Shown here piece by piece: positions 17,028 to 25,086 of a stretch of 51,854 nt of DNA. Source of the stretch: Shigella phage JK16; sequence record MK962751, one strand, 5' to 3'. The notes under the pieces were generated by a model, which had not been told where the DNA came from, did not search any database, and saw only the letters and a program-made list of their open reading frames with translations. Position 1 is the stretch's first letter, and each line of letters opens with the position of its first letter. The position numbers and the translations under genes are program-made.

Positions 17028-18152
17028 ATGTTAAAACTTGCTGACATTAAATTCCCGATCACCTTCGAATCTCGCGGCATTGGTCATTACATTTTTACTG
17101 ATGAAAAAACATGCCATAAGGTTAATATGAATAGCGACAAACTAAGCCCATCAACAATGGAGATTGAACACTTTATTGATGCGCACAATACGCAGTACAA
17201 CGCACTTAAAGACTATGGCTATGCAATGCCAGGCTACACATGTTTGCACTACAAGCCATATAAAGGCCAGGTGTTGCCAGTAAAAGAGAACAAGCAATTC
17301 CTGCTGGATAGCGAGGAGATTGTATACCCGATCACCTTTGAAACGGCAGGAAATAGCGTTGTGACTTTCACATCTCGCGACAACGGCACATATGGAAACG
17401 GCTTGAGAACAAGTTATAATGTTGATTACTTCGTCGCCTGTCATAACATGGCTAATCCTAACAACGATAAGAACAAGGTGTACTACGTGCGCGATATTGA
17501 AAGGCAGTGGCCTAAGAAAGACTCCCAGGCAGAGATTCCGATGGTTCATATGAAAACCTGCGACTACAAAAAGCTGTGGTGCTTAAGTCTGGACAATATC
17601 AAGTATCCGATCACGTTCCGCACGACTGGTAAGTCAACGATTCGCTACACATCGCGCGAAAATGGCGTTTATAGCGATGGTACGAAATCAGGGTTGAAAG
17701 TTGATTTCTTTGTCAACGGTCACAATAGATACAATCCGCACAACGAAGAGGATAAAGTGTACTACGTGGAAGACATTACAAAACACTTATTTGGAGAAAC
17801 TCCATTCGGCGGCGGTAAGACGTCAATTCAAAAAATCATTGGCGATGAGATCCACAAAGCGGCTGCCGAAATGAAAGCTCCTGGAGGCTGGCGTATTGAC
17901 AAGAGCGCATTTGCAAATCAAGAAATCGTAACGCAGGGCGCAATTGAAGATATGCCAGTTGCAGCCACTCTAAAAGGAGTCCGGCTTGATGACGGCACCT
18001 GGTATGAAGTAACGGCTACACCAAAGACGATCGAGATTCATGATGACGTTGTTATCCTTCTGCTTCACTACGGCGGCTATAAAAACCGGACGATTGCAGG
18101 TGAGATCAGCATTAAGCGCGGAACGATGATTAAGTGGAAGGTGAAGATTTGA
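17028..18152 (+). CDS. protein with three tandem repeats of a ~60-residue unknown domain
   Basis: Repeats start KFPITFESRG / VYPITFETAG / KYPITFRTTG and end HN..NP.N.(D/E)..KVYYV.DI; AGGAG RBS. Confidence 0.6.
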   Translation: MLKLADIKFPITFESRGIGHYIFTDEKTCHKVNMNSDKLSPSTMEIEHFIDAHNTQYNALKDYGYAMPGYTCLHYKPYKGQVLPVKENKQFLLDSEEIVYPITFETAGNSVVTFTSRDNGTYGNGLRTSYNVDYFVACHNMANPNNDKNKVYYVRDIERQWPKKDSQAEIPMVHMKTCDYKKLWCLSLDNIKYPITFRTTGKSTIRYTSRENGVYSDGTKSGLKVDFFVNGHNRYNPHNEEDKVYYVEDITKHLFGETPFGGGKTSIQKIIGDEIHKAAAEMKAPGGWRIDKSAFANQEIVTQGAIEDMPVAATLKGVRLDDGTWYEVTATPKTIEIHDDVVILLLHYGGYKNRTIAGEISIKRGTMIKWKVKI

Positions 18153-18228
18153 GTTTGCTCACTGCGGCGCACGTCGCCGCATGGATCGGATTGTTTTCCT
18201 ACCTGTTTAGCTTTTATTGAGGTGAGAG

Positions 18229-18381
18229 ATGGCTACCTGGATTTTGCTGATTCTTATGATTGATGGCGGCGTTGACCATATCGAAATGAATAGCCAGCAA
18301 TCTTGCATTGAGGCACGAGAGCAGATCAAGAACAACAACAGTTTTTATGCGTACACTCACACGCTATGTATTAAGAAATAG
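18229..18381 (+). CDS. small membrane protein (50 aa), paralog of 19670 gene
   Basis: Found by manual translation; GAGGTGAGAG RBS; N-terminal hydrophobic helix, conserved C..EAR.Q and C; stop inside motif. Confidence 0.35.
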   Translation: MATWILLILMIDGGVDHIEMNSQQSCIEAREQIKNNNSFYAYTHTLCIKK

Positions 18382-18420
18382 CACTTTTTGTTAAAACTCA
18401 AATGTGGGGCCAGGTATAAT
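18379..18420 (+). promoter_or_regulatory. motif-class promoter (motif, hairpin GGCCA..TGGCC containing TATAAT)
   Basis: -10 hexamer 17 nt after motif. Confidence 0.45.
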
Positions 18421-18450
18421 GGCCTCACTTTCAACGAAGGAGATAAAACG

Positions 18451-18672
18451 ATGTACATTAAAAATAAGATGAAATGCGTTTCCGTTAACTATGCTTGCTC
18501 TGGCATGTTCAAGCCTGGCGAAATCTATACGGCGCAAAAACTGAAAACATCAACCGGATCTTTTTACGTGAGCAATAGTAAGGGGTATCGCATGTTCCTG
18601 AACGGCGGCGAAGGCACTAAGGTTATGGCACACGCTATGGTAATGGCTGAATTTGAGGAAGTGAAACAATGA
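18451..18672 (+). CDS. hypothetical protein, tandem paralog A
   Basis: AAGGAG RBS; shares motifs with next gene. Confidence 0.45.
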   Translation: MYIKNKMKCVSVNYACSGMFKPGEIYTAQKLKTSTGSFYVSNSKGYRMFLNGGEGTKVMAHAMVMAEFEEVKQ

Positions 18673-18914
18673 TCATTGAAAACAATTTTCTTTGCGTTAA
18701 GAGCAATAGACCATTCTTCACACCTGGCAAGGTGTACCAGGGCAAGAAGGACACAAGAGATGGTCACTCTTATCATGTTCACTGCAACAACGGATACAAG
18801 TTTTACCTTAACGGCGAGAATGGAACTGAGATTGTTGCGTTTGAAAACGTAGTTGCCGAGTTCGAGCAGATTACAGACGCGGAATTTGAGGAAGTGAAAG
18901 ATGAAAACAAATAA
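18669..18914 (+). CDS. hypothetical protein, tandem paralog B
   Basis: Overlapping start; shares motifs with previous gene. Confidence 0.45.
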   Translation: MIIENNFLCVKSNRPFFTPGKVYQGKKDTRDGHSYHVHCNNGYKFYLNGENGTEIVAFENVVAEFEQITDAEFEEVKDENK

Positions 18915-19122
18915 GCGCGTCAAGCACAGGTTTACTGATAACCACGGCGACGCGATTGATGTATACAAGTTCGGCGATCGCGTGTTTATTGATGGCACGT
19001 TTGAAGGTGGTCGTAGGCCGGATTTTAGGTCGATACTTACCGTTGACCAAGTGCGCAAGCTGGCAGATAAGTTAAATGATCTGGCAGATGAAATAGAATA
19101 CAAGCAAATCCATTTTAATTGA
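18901..19122 (+). CDS. hypothetical protein
   Basis: 73 aa ORF. Confidence 0.4.
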   Translation: MKTNKRVKHRFTDNHGDAIDVYKFGDRVFIDGTFEGGRRPDFRSILTVDQVRKLADKLNDLADEIEYKQIHFN

Positions 19123-19133
19123 TAGGTTTTATA

Positions 19134-19673
19134 ATGAAAAAATACACTTTCGAACTATGGGGCAAGAAGTACGAATTAATCACCAGCAAGCCGATTGTTA
19201 TCGTTGACCTGGACGGCACACTATCGGACGGATCGCATCGTTTGCATTTGCTGCCAACTGAAAGCTTGCACCTTACGGAATCGTGGCGCGAGTTTAACAG
19301 GGCCGCAGCAGGAGATTCACCGATTAAAAGCACGATCGCGATTGTTAACGGTTTGTGGGTGTCGGGATTTGCCATCGTCATCTTGACCGGACGCAGCGAC
19401 GAGGTGCGCTATGAAACCTGCAAATGGTTGAATGAGAGCGGCGTGAAGTTTGACGAAATCATCATGCGCCGCCAGGAGGACAACCGAAAGGATACGGTTA
19501 TTAAAGAAGAAGCCTTGCGCGCTATTGGCCTGGACAATATTGTTTGCGCCTTTGACGATTCGCCGAACGTTGTTAAGCACTTCCGCAGCCTGGGAATCAC
19601 AACCTATCAGGTCACGGAATACGACAAGCCACACGCTCACCTGCAATCTCACGGCGTGGAGTGTTTAAAATGA
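19134..19673 (+). CDS. HAD-superfamily phosphatase (nucleotidase-like)
   Basis: HAD motif I IVIVDLDGTLSDG; later TGRSD and acidic motif CAFDDSPN. Confidence 0.55.
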   Translation: MKKYTFELWGKKYELITSKPIVIVDLDGTLSDGSHRLHLLPTESLHLTESWREFNRAAAGDSPIKSTIAIVNGLWVSGFAIVILTGRSDEVRYETCKWLNESGVKFDEIIMRRQEDNRKDTVIKEEALRAIGLDNIVCAFDDSPNVVKHFRSLGITTYQVTEYDKPHAHLQSHGVECLK

Positions 19674-19831
19674 CTTGGTTGCTTTTAATCTTTGTCACAA
19701 GTTACAACTCCGCAGCTATTGAGTCGCAGGAGTTCCACGGCGAATCAAGATGCCAGGAAGCGCGAAAGCAAGTTATTCTCCACATGTCAGATAGTGGGAA
19801 GGATGTAACAGCGTTATGCGTTCGTAAATAG
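19670..19831 (+). CDS. small membrane protein (53 aa), paralog of 18229 gene
   Basis: Found by manual translation; start overlaps HAD stop (ATGA); hydrophobic N-terminus; stop inside motif. Confidence 0.35.
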   Translation: MTWLLLIFVTSYNSAAIESQEFHGESRCQEARKQVILHMSDSGKDVTALCVRK

Positions 19832-19872
19832 CACTTTTTGCAAAAAACAGATCATCGGGCTTGCTGTATAGT
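19829..19872 (+). promoter_or_regulatory. motif-class promoter (motif variant TTGCAAAAAAC, hairpin GGGCTT..AAGCCC containing TATAGT)
   Basis: 19 nt gap to TATAGT; leader CAACAACAAACGAGGATTAAATC ATG. Confidence 0.45.
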
Positions 19873-19903
19873 AAGCCCATCAACAACAAACGAGGATTAA
19901 ATC

Positions 19904-20167
19904 ATGGCTAACAAGATCGAGTTTTTTAAAGCTGTAGACATTATCGACGGCGCGCCTAGCTTCTTTGCTATCCATTCTATTGACGGCAAGGATATTGGGT
20001 ACAACGTTATCCGTCGAGATGGAATCTCAAAAATTAGTGACCTGGTAGGCCATATTGTGTCAAACGGGAAATGCGCATGGCCCGATTCGCCACGAGAGCC
20101 ACGCCGCCGCGACATGGTAGAGCCTGTTCTGCTTTACACTCTGGTAGTAGAGGGAGAAAATAAATGA
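19904..20167 (+). CDS. hypothetical protein
   Basis: 87 aa; GAGGA RBS. Confidence 0.45.
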   Translation: MANKIEFFKAVDIIDGAPSFFAIHSIDGKDIGYNVIRRDGISKISDLVGHIVSNGKCAWPDSPREPRRRDMVEPVLLYTLVVEGENK

Positions 20168-20349
20168 TTTGGTTACTTGCTTTTTTGGTTGCTTTTCTCT
20201 ACATTTCAGGCTTATTTACGTTCCGCGCTTTTGTGAAATATTCTGGCACGACAGACAAGGACGATAAAATCGTTCTCGCTTTCTGGTTTGTTTGGGTGTG
20301 GTTAGCAATTTACGAGATCATTAGAGACAAACAGAAATTTGAGTGGTGA
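20164..20349 (+). CDS. small membrane protein
   Basis: 61 aa, two hydrophobic helices. Confidence 0.4.
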   Translation: MIWLLAFLVAFLYISGLFTFRAFVKYSGTTDKDDKIVLAFWFVWVWLAIYEIIRDKQKFEW

Positions 20350-20408
20350 TTCTTGCTATGGCGCATTCATGCAGTGCGCCATGTTGAGAAAACCTAAAGG
20401 GGGAGACG

Positions 20409-20558
20409 ATGCGTAACTTTGAAAAAATCATTACCAAAAAGAAGCGTCGCGGGTACGATGAGCATGTGGAGCTTGTGAAAAAGCAACGCAAGAAGCGCAA
20501 CGAAGACAAGAAGCGCGGGAAAAAAATTAATGCGATTTTTCGCTATGGAGATCATTAA
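20409..20558 (+). CDS. small highly basic protein (49 aa)
   Basis: Found by manual translation; GGGGGAG RBS; Lys/Arg-rich. Confidence 0.3.
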   Translation: MRNFEKIITKKKRRGYDEHVELVKKQRKKRNEDKKRGKKINAIFRYGDH

Positions 20559-20560
20559 TC

Positions 20561-21151
20561 ATGAAACGAGACATTATCATCCTTAATGGGCCGCCAGGTT
20601 GCGGGAAGGACACTATTGCAGCTTACCTAACGGGCCATCGTTACCCAGCGGTTAATGCGTCATTCAAACAGCCGATGTTCGATATTGCGTTTTCCATGCT
20701 TGGCACGACTCGATATGATGAGTTTATTGACCTGTACAACGACCGAGAGCAAAAAGAAAAGCCTCAAGTTATCTTAGGCGGCAAGTCACCTCGACAATTC
20801 ATGATCTGGATTAGCGAGGATGTAATGAAGCCAGTCTTTGGGGAGCAGTATTTCGGGCGTCGAATGGTTGAAGAGATTAACGAGATGTACCGAGATTTGG
20901 CGGTTGTGATCAGTGATGGCGGATTCCACGAAGAAATCAAGCCGCTTGTTAAGGCAGGGCATGAAGTGCATATTTGCCGATTGCATCGCGACGGCTTCAC
21001 GTTTGCTGGCGATTCGAGAGACTACATTGACCTGAGCGGTTATCACTATCGAATCCATCACTATGACTTCCACTTGCAGGACGGCAAGCCGGAACTGGCT
21101 GTAAACGAGATCGTCAATGCTGTCAAATGGAAGCACACACAGATTAAATAG
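20561..21151 (+). CDS. deoxynucleoside monophosphate kinase (T4 gp1-like)
   Basis: Walker A LNGPPGCGKDT and downstream GGKSP motif resembling T4 gp1 dNMP kinase. Confidence 0.55.
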   Translation: MKRDIIILNGPPGCGKDTIAAYLTGHRYPAVNASFKQPMFDIAFSMLGTTRYDEFIDLYNDREQKEKPQVILGGKSPRQFMIWISEDVMKPVFGEQYFGRRMVEEINEMYRDLAVVISDGGFHEEIKPLVKAGHEVHICRLHRDGFTFAGDSRDYIDLSGYHYRIHHYDFHLQDGKPELAVNEIVNAVKWKHTQIK

Positions 21152-21191
21152 CACGAATTGCTAAACGCGGGGCGCAATGCCTCGCTATAAT
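21149..21191 (+). promoter_or_regulatory. motif-class promoter variant (TAGCACGAATTGCTAAACG, 18 nt, TATAAT)
   Basis: Variant motif supplies TAG stop; consensus -10. Confidence 0.45.
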
Positions 21192-21221
21192 GCAAACACC
21201 AATCAACGAGAGGAAACAATC

Positions 21222-21623
21222 ATGGTGGAGTTAAACGACATTCGCGTTGGAACAAAATTTCGCGTAACCTGGGCAGATAAATATTGTGGCGTTAGCAAGG
21301 GCCAGGTTGTTGCGGTGGATAGTATTTATCGTGGTGTTAGTGGTGACTTTCGCCGTCCGCGCATCAATAATGGCTATATCATTACTCGCCGTATTGGCTT
21401 TGATAATTATTGCGTAGTGGCGACTCAAGGAGTTTTGATTGAGCTTAAGAGAATCAGCGATCATCGCGGTCGTCATGTTAAGGCAATGAAAACACCATTT
21501 CAGCGAGCGAGATACGATGCGCGACGTATGCGCCGACTTGCGCGAAATGCGATCAAGTTCAAAAAGCCTGGCGATGATTTTTACGGCATGTATAAGGGGA
21601 TTGCGCGCAATGCTGGGAAATAA
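21222..21623 (+). CDS. hypothetical protein
   Basis: 133 aa; GAGAGGAAA RBS. Confidence 0.45.
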   Translation: MVELNDIRVGTKFRVTWADKYCGVSKGQVVAVDSIYRGVSGDFRRPRINNGYIITRRIGFDNYCVVATQGVLIELKRISDHRGRHVKAMKTPFQRARYDARRMRRLARNAIKFKKPGDDFYGMYKGIARNAGK

Positions 21624-21722
21624 CAATAACGCAACGAATCCTAAGACACCTTTTGATTTTCATTCCGCAATGATTGCGGTATTATCAATGCTACTTTTTC
21701 TTTATAGCATGAGGGCGCTACT

Positions 21723-21971
21723 ATGGTTTTTAACGCATTGAAACGACTGTTTAAGCCGGAATACCGGATCGTATTTTGCCGCGACTGTTCTACTTATCAT
21801 GTGCAGCGACGCAGCTTAGGCGGCAATTGGCACTATGTTACAGACGACTTTTTCGGCATCATTGCCACTGAATTTAAGTATTACAGCGATGCTTATATGT
21901 ACGTCAAGAAGCGCCACCGCTTACGCAAGTGTCGTTTTTCCGTGCTGATTCACGTTAATGATTGTTACTGA
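21723..21971 (+). CDS. hypothetical Cys-containing protein
   Basis: 82 aa ORF. Confidence 0.4.
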   Translation: MVFNALKRLFKPEYRIVFCRDCSTYHVQRRSLGGNWHYVTDDFFGIIATEFKYYSDAYMYVKKRHRLRKCRFSVLIHVNDCY

Positions 21972-21978
21972 GGTGAAA

Positions 21979-22161
21979 ATGAAAACTGGTATTATTATTC
22001 TTTTCCTGATTCTTTTCGGCAGTCATTTAACCATTAACTATGAGGGCATTATGGCCTTTTGGGGCAACTTGATGATGTTTGCCGCTGGTTCAATTGCTGG
22101 CTACTCTGACGGGAAAAAGGATGGTGTGCGCAAGATGCTGATGGGGCTTAAACAAAAATAA
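21979..22161 (+). CDS. small membrane protein
   Basis: GAGGTGAAA RBS; two hydrophobic helices. Confidence 0.4.
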   Translation: MKTGIIILFLILFGSHLTINYEGIMAFWGNLMMFAAGSIAGYSDGKKDGVRKMLMGLKQK

Positions 22162-22172
22162 GGGGATATGAA

Positions 22173-22463
22173 ATGGCAAACAAAACTTACCGCAAACTAC
22201 TGGTTAACGCTTTTGAAAACATCGCGCAGTGTAACAAGTGGAACGACTCTAAACACTCGCCAATCACAATGAAGCGCGCCGGATTCAAAAATACTCGTTC
22301 ATGGGCGCGAGCTTTCGCAGCTTGCTATATGCCGGATGGCGGACTAGGGGTGATGAACGATTTTTTGATCAACATGATAGAGGAAGCGGCGCGAGAGGAT
22401 CGACCGCTGACACAGCGAGATTTTGACGGCTTCGCGCGCGATGAGCTTTACTATCTGAGTTAA
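22173..22463 (+). CDS. hypothetical protein
   Basis: 96 aa; AAGGGGA RBS; followed by motif. Confidence 0.45.
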   Translation: MANKTYRKLLVNAFENIAQCNKWNDSKHSPITMKRAGFKNTRSWARAFAACYMPDGGLGVMNDFLINMIEEAAREDRPLTQRDFDGFARDELYYLS

Positions 22464-22506
22464 TAGCACTTTTTGTTAAAACTTCCGCAAGGGCATTTGG
22501 TAAAGT
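22464..22506 (+). promoter_or_regulatory. motif-class promoter (motif, hairpin AAGGGCA..TGCCCTT, weak -10 TAAAGT)
   Basis: Motif after TAA stop; weak -10-like hexamer at 18 nt. Confidence 0.4.
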
Positions 22507-22538
22507 GCCCTTATTGAAGCGAAACAGAGGAAAGCGCA

Positions 22539-22751
22539 ATGAAAATCAAAATCACCAAAATCGACACTATCAACGGCGACGGATCAATCACTCTTGAGCA
22601 ATGTGGCTTGGTTGTTGGTGATGTGCTGGAAGTTGACGGACATTTCAGCGACGGATCTTATTGTGTTATTGCGCCGCGCAACAGCGAGTTTATCAAGGCT
22701 GGCGACAATATTAGTGTTAACCATGACGAATGCGAGGTAGTAGAAGAATGA
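22539..22751 (+). CDS. hypothetical protein
   Basis: 70 aa; AGAGGAAA RBS. Confidence 0.45.
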   Translation: MKIKITKIDTINGDGSITLEQCGLVVGDVLEVDGHFSDGSYCVIAPRNSEFIKAGDNISVNHDECEVVEE

Positions 22752-22981
22752 TCACGATTAACCTTTCAGAGAAGCAAGCATATCAAGTGATGCGCTACAT
22801 TTCTGGCTTTGGTATGGAAGGCGCTATGGGTGAAGTTGCGGATCAGATTTGCCGTCAACTTACACCAGCACCAACGCGAGCGGCAGAAACTGCCGCATGG
22901 CGCAACGAGGCTGGATACATCCAGAAAGCTATTGAAGACTGGAAGCGCATAAACGAGACTATGGAGGAATCAGGTTTATGA
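22748..22981 (+). CDS. hypothetical protein
   Basis: 77 aa, overlapping start. Confidence 0.4.
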   Translation: MITINLSEKQAYQVMRYISGFGMEGAMGEVADQICRQLTPAPTRAAETAAWRNEAGYIQKAIEDWKRINETMEESGL

Positions 22982-23292
22982 TTTATATTCACTACTACCA
23001 AATCGGAACTAACGAGAACAAGAAAGAGCATCGTTTCATCCATGATGATTTGGACAAGGCAAAGGCACAGCAACAGGTTTTAGGCGGTGTCATTCAGGCT
23101 TTTGAGCCTGTAGAAGATATTGAGTACCGCGAGCATTTAAAAGATGTTGTTATTGATGAGATCTCTTGCTTGATTGATGATATGACAAATCACGGCCCTG
23201 GTTCACCGTGGGAAGATGCAGGATCTGTAACGTGGGATAAGGCCAAAGTTAAGACGCTAAACAACTTTCGAGAGATTCTCGACGGTTTTTAA
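22978..23292 (+). CDS. hypothetical protein
   Basis: 104 aa, overlapping start. Confidence 0.45.
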   Translation: MIYIHYYQIGTNENKKEHRFIHDDLDKAKAQQQVLGGVIQAFEPVEDIEYREHLKDVVIDEISCLIDDMTNHGPGSPWEDAGSVTWDKAKVKTLNNFREILDGF

Positions 23293-23362
23293 TTAAAAAC
23301 GCATAGCCGTTAGAGCGCCTAAATCGCATTCTAACGAGCTATTTTTCTGGTAAGGTGATTTA

Positions 23363-23491
23363 ATGGATGAGTACAAACAACCCTCGCAATGGTGCAAAGA
23401 GAAGCAGGAGGAAGCACTTGAGCGCGGAGATGTAGAAGAAGCTATGAACTATTTCAAACTTGCGGAAGAATGGAAGGGGAGAGGATACTGA
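23363..23491 (+). CDS. small hypothetical protein (42 aa)
   Basis: Found by manual translation; AAGGTGA RBS; stop overlaps next start. Confidence 0.3.
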   Translation: MDEYKQPSQWCKEKQEEALERGDVEEAMNYFKLAEEWKGRGY

Positions 23492-23721
23492 TGTTCGGCA
23501 TGAACGAGGCGCAATTCAACGCAGCTAAACGCCAGGCTAAAAAGTGCGGCGAGGCAATGAAAGCGGATGTGGAAAAGCGCGGGAAGTATGTTGATGAAGT
23601 AATGAAGGGAATCATTGCAGAACACTACCAGCCAATCGCGCCAATGTTGACGATCACTCAATTCATTTGGCTATGTGGTTACTTGCGCGGACGTTGGGGG
23701 AACGCTTTCGACAGGGAATGA
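23491..23721 (+). CDS. hypothetical protein
   Basis: 76 aa; GGGAGAGGA RBS. Confidence 0.4.
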   Translation: MFGMNEAQFNAAKRQAKKCGEAMKADVEKRGKYVDEVMKGIIAEHYQPIAPMLTITQFIWLCGYLRGRWGNAFDRE

Positions 23722-23883
23722 TTGACAACTCTTTCCTGATTGGTTAGCATGGCGTCGTTTACATAAGAGCGGCTTTGTCCGAACGCGTGACGCGATAGTC
23801 ACACAACAACGGCGATATGCAGGAGGTTTTTGCAATGCAAAATAATCCGTAAGACGTATCGCCTTTTTTAATGGAGATCCAAA

Positions 23884-24117
23884 ATGATTAAATACAAATT
23901 AACCGTTTCTTTCCGTGATACCGTTATTCATCCTTTCTACAATAGCTTTGTTAACAGCTTTACAGTAGAAGCGACAAGTGATCAGCTTGACGGTGACGAA
24001 ACTTGCATTTCTATCGGCAATGTTGCTTATCCGATTCACAACATTACCAGCATTAAGCGTGAGGTTGTCGCTGATGAATTACAAAGTGAAGATGACGATC
24101 CGGCGAATGGGGCGTAA
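23884..24117 (+). CDS. hypothetical protein
   Basis: 77 aa; GGAG RBS. Confidence 0.4.
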   Translation: MIKYKLTVSFRDTVIHPFYNSFVNSFTVEATSDQLDGDETCISIGNVAYPIHNITSIKREVVADELQSEDDDPANGA

Positions 24118-24259
24118 CTGCCAATCATGCAAACAGGAATATGAATGCGTAGTCGATGCTCTTGATGAACTGGAAGCAGTAGCAAAAGCAAAAGAGCAAT
24201 CGGGCGCTAATCCTGAAACACATCAATTTTCAATTAATCTTGTGAGGGCTTTACAATGA
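24074..24259 (+). CDS. hypothetical Cys-containing protein
   Basis: ORF overlapping previous; start uncertain. Confidence 0.3.
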   Translation: MNYKVKMTIRRMGRNCQSCKQEYECVVDALDELEAVAKAKEQSGANPETHQFSINLVRALQ

Positions 24260-24480
24260 TCGCATTATCTTTCTGCATTGGTTTTATCATGGCTATCATT
24301 ATCTTTTCCGTTGTCATGCGCTTTGCTTATAAGTTCGTGATTAATAAAGGTTGGTACGCTTCTGCCATCTGGAGCGAAAAACAAAAGAAATGGCTTGTAC
24401 GTGGTCAATACCTGATGATCGGCAGCAAGATCCTAAATTCCATTCGAGCCAAAGATGGAAAAGTAAAATATACAGCTTAA
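24256..24480 (+). CDS. small membrane protein
   Basis: 74 aa, N-terminal transmembrane helix. Confidence 0.4.
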   Translation: MIALSFCIGFIMAIIIFSVVMRFAYKFVINKGWYASAIWSEKQKKWLVRGQYLMIGSKILNSIRAKDGKVKYTA

Positions 24481-24485
24481 AAATT

Positions 24486-24509
24486 ACCCGCCGCACGGCG
24501 GGTTTTTTA
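24486..24509 (+). terminator. rho-independent terminator ending the early/accessory operon
   Basis: Stem CCCGCCG/CGGCGGG followed by T6. Confidence 0.7.
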
Positions 24510-24521
24510 TTGCCAGTTGTT

Positions 24522-24530
24522 TGGTATAAT
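24522..24530 (+). promoter_or_regulatory. extended -10 promoter (TGgTATAAT) for the structural operon
   Basis: TGnTATAAT directly after terminator, 28 nt upstream of terS start; no good -35. Confidence 0.45.
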
Positions 24531-24558
24531 CAGGCATCTAACCAAAGGAGGATTAACA

Positions 24559-25086
24559 ATGGCTAAAAACGTTGAGCCTGCTGTAAAGGCATTAAATTTC
24601 AAAGAGTTATATAATAAAACTTATGGCGATATTGTCACGCTAAACAACCGCCACAAGTACACGCCGGAACAGGTTTTTGATATGGCGATCCGCTATTTCA
24701 CTTGGGCAGAAGAGAATCACATCCAGGCGGCTGAAACTGCTTCCTTTCAGGGTGACGTGTACGAGAGCAGAGTTTACAAGCCTCGCGTTTTCACGGTTAA
24801 CGGATTCAGCTTGTATCTCGGCGTGACTGAGGCTGCCGTAAGCAAATGGCGTAAAGAGCCTGGATTCTGCGATGTGATGGAGTTTGTTGATAAAGTAATT
24901 TACGAGCAAAAATTCCAGCTTGCGGCAAATAACATGATTAATGCTGGATTTATCGGTAAAGAGATCGGCGTAGAGAAGCCAGCAACAGTGAGCGTTGAAG
25001 CTAGCGCGGCAGCTAATGCAAGCATTGACGCAGTAACTGCCGATGAGGTGAAAGAGGCTGTTATTGATATTCTGGAGCAACTTTAA
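24559..25086 (+). CDS. terminase small subunit
   Basis: Position immediately upstream of terminase large subunit; AAAGGAGG RBS; size and charge profile. Confidence 0.55.
   Translation: MAKNVEPAVKALNFKELYNKTYGDIVTLNNRHKYTPEQVFDMAIRYFTWAEENHIQAAETASFQGDVYESRVYKPRVFTVNGFSLYLGVTEAAVSKWRKEPGFCDVMEFVDKVIYEQKFQLAANNMINAGFIGKEIGVEKPATVSVEASAAANASIDAVTADEVKEAVIDILEQL

Noticed and set aside
16604-17080. 158 aa minus-strand ORF
   Set aside because: Entirely antisense to the GC-rich leader and to two well-supported plus-strand genes with good RBS; no RBS of its own.
19134-21151. Split polynucleotide kinase-phosphatase (tRNA repair system)
   Set aside because: Kinase motifs (GKDT plus GGKSP) fit T4 gp1-type dNMP kinase better, and no RNA ligase gene is present; kept only as an alternative.
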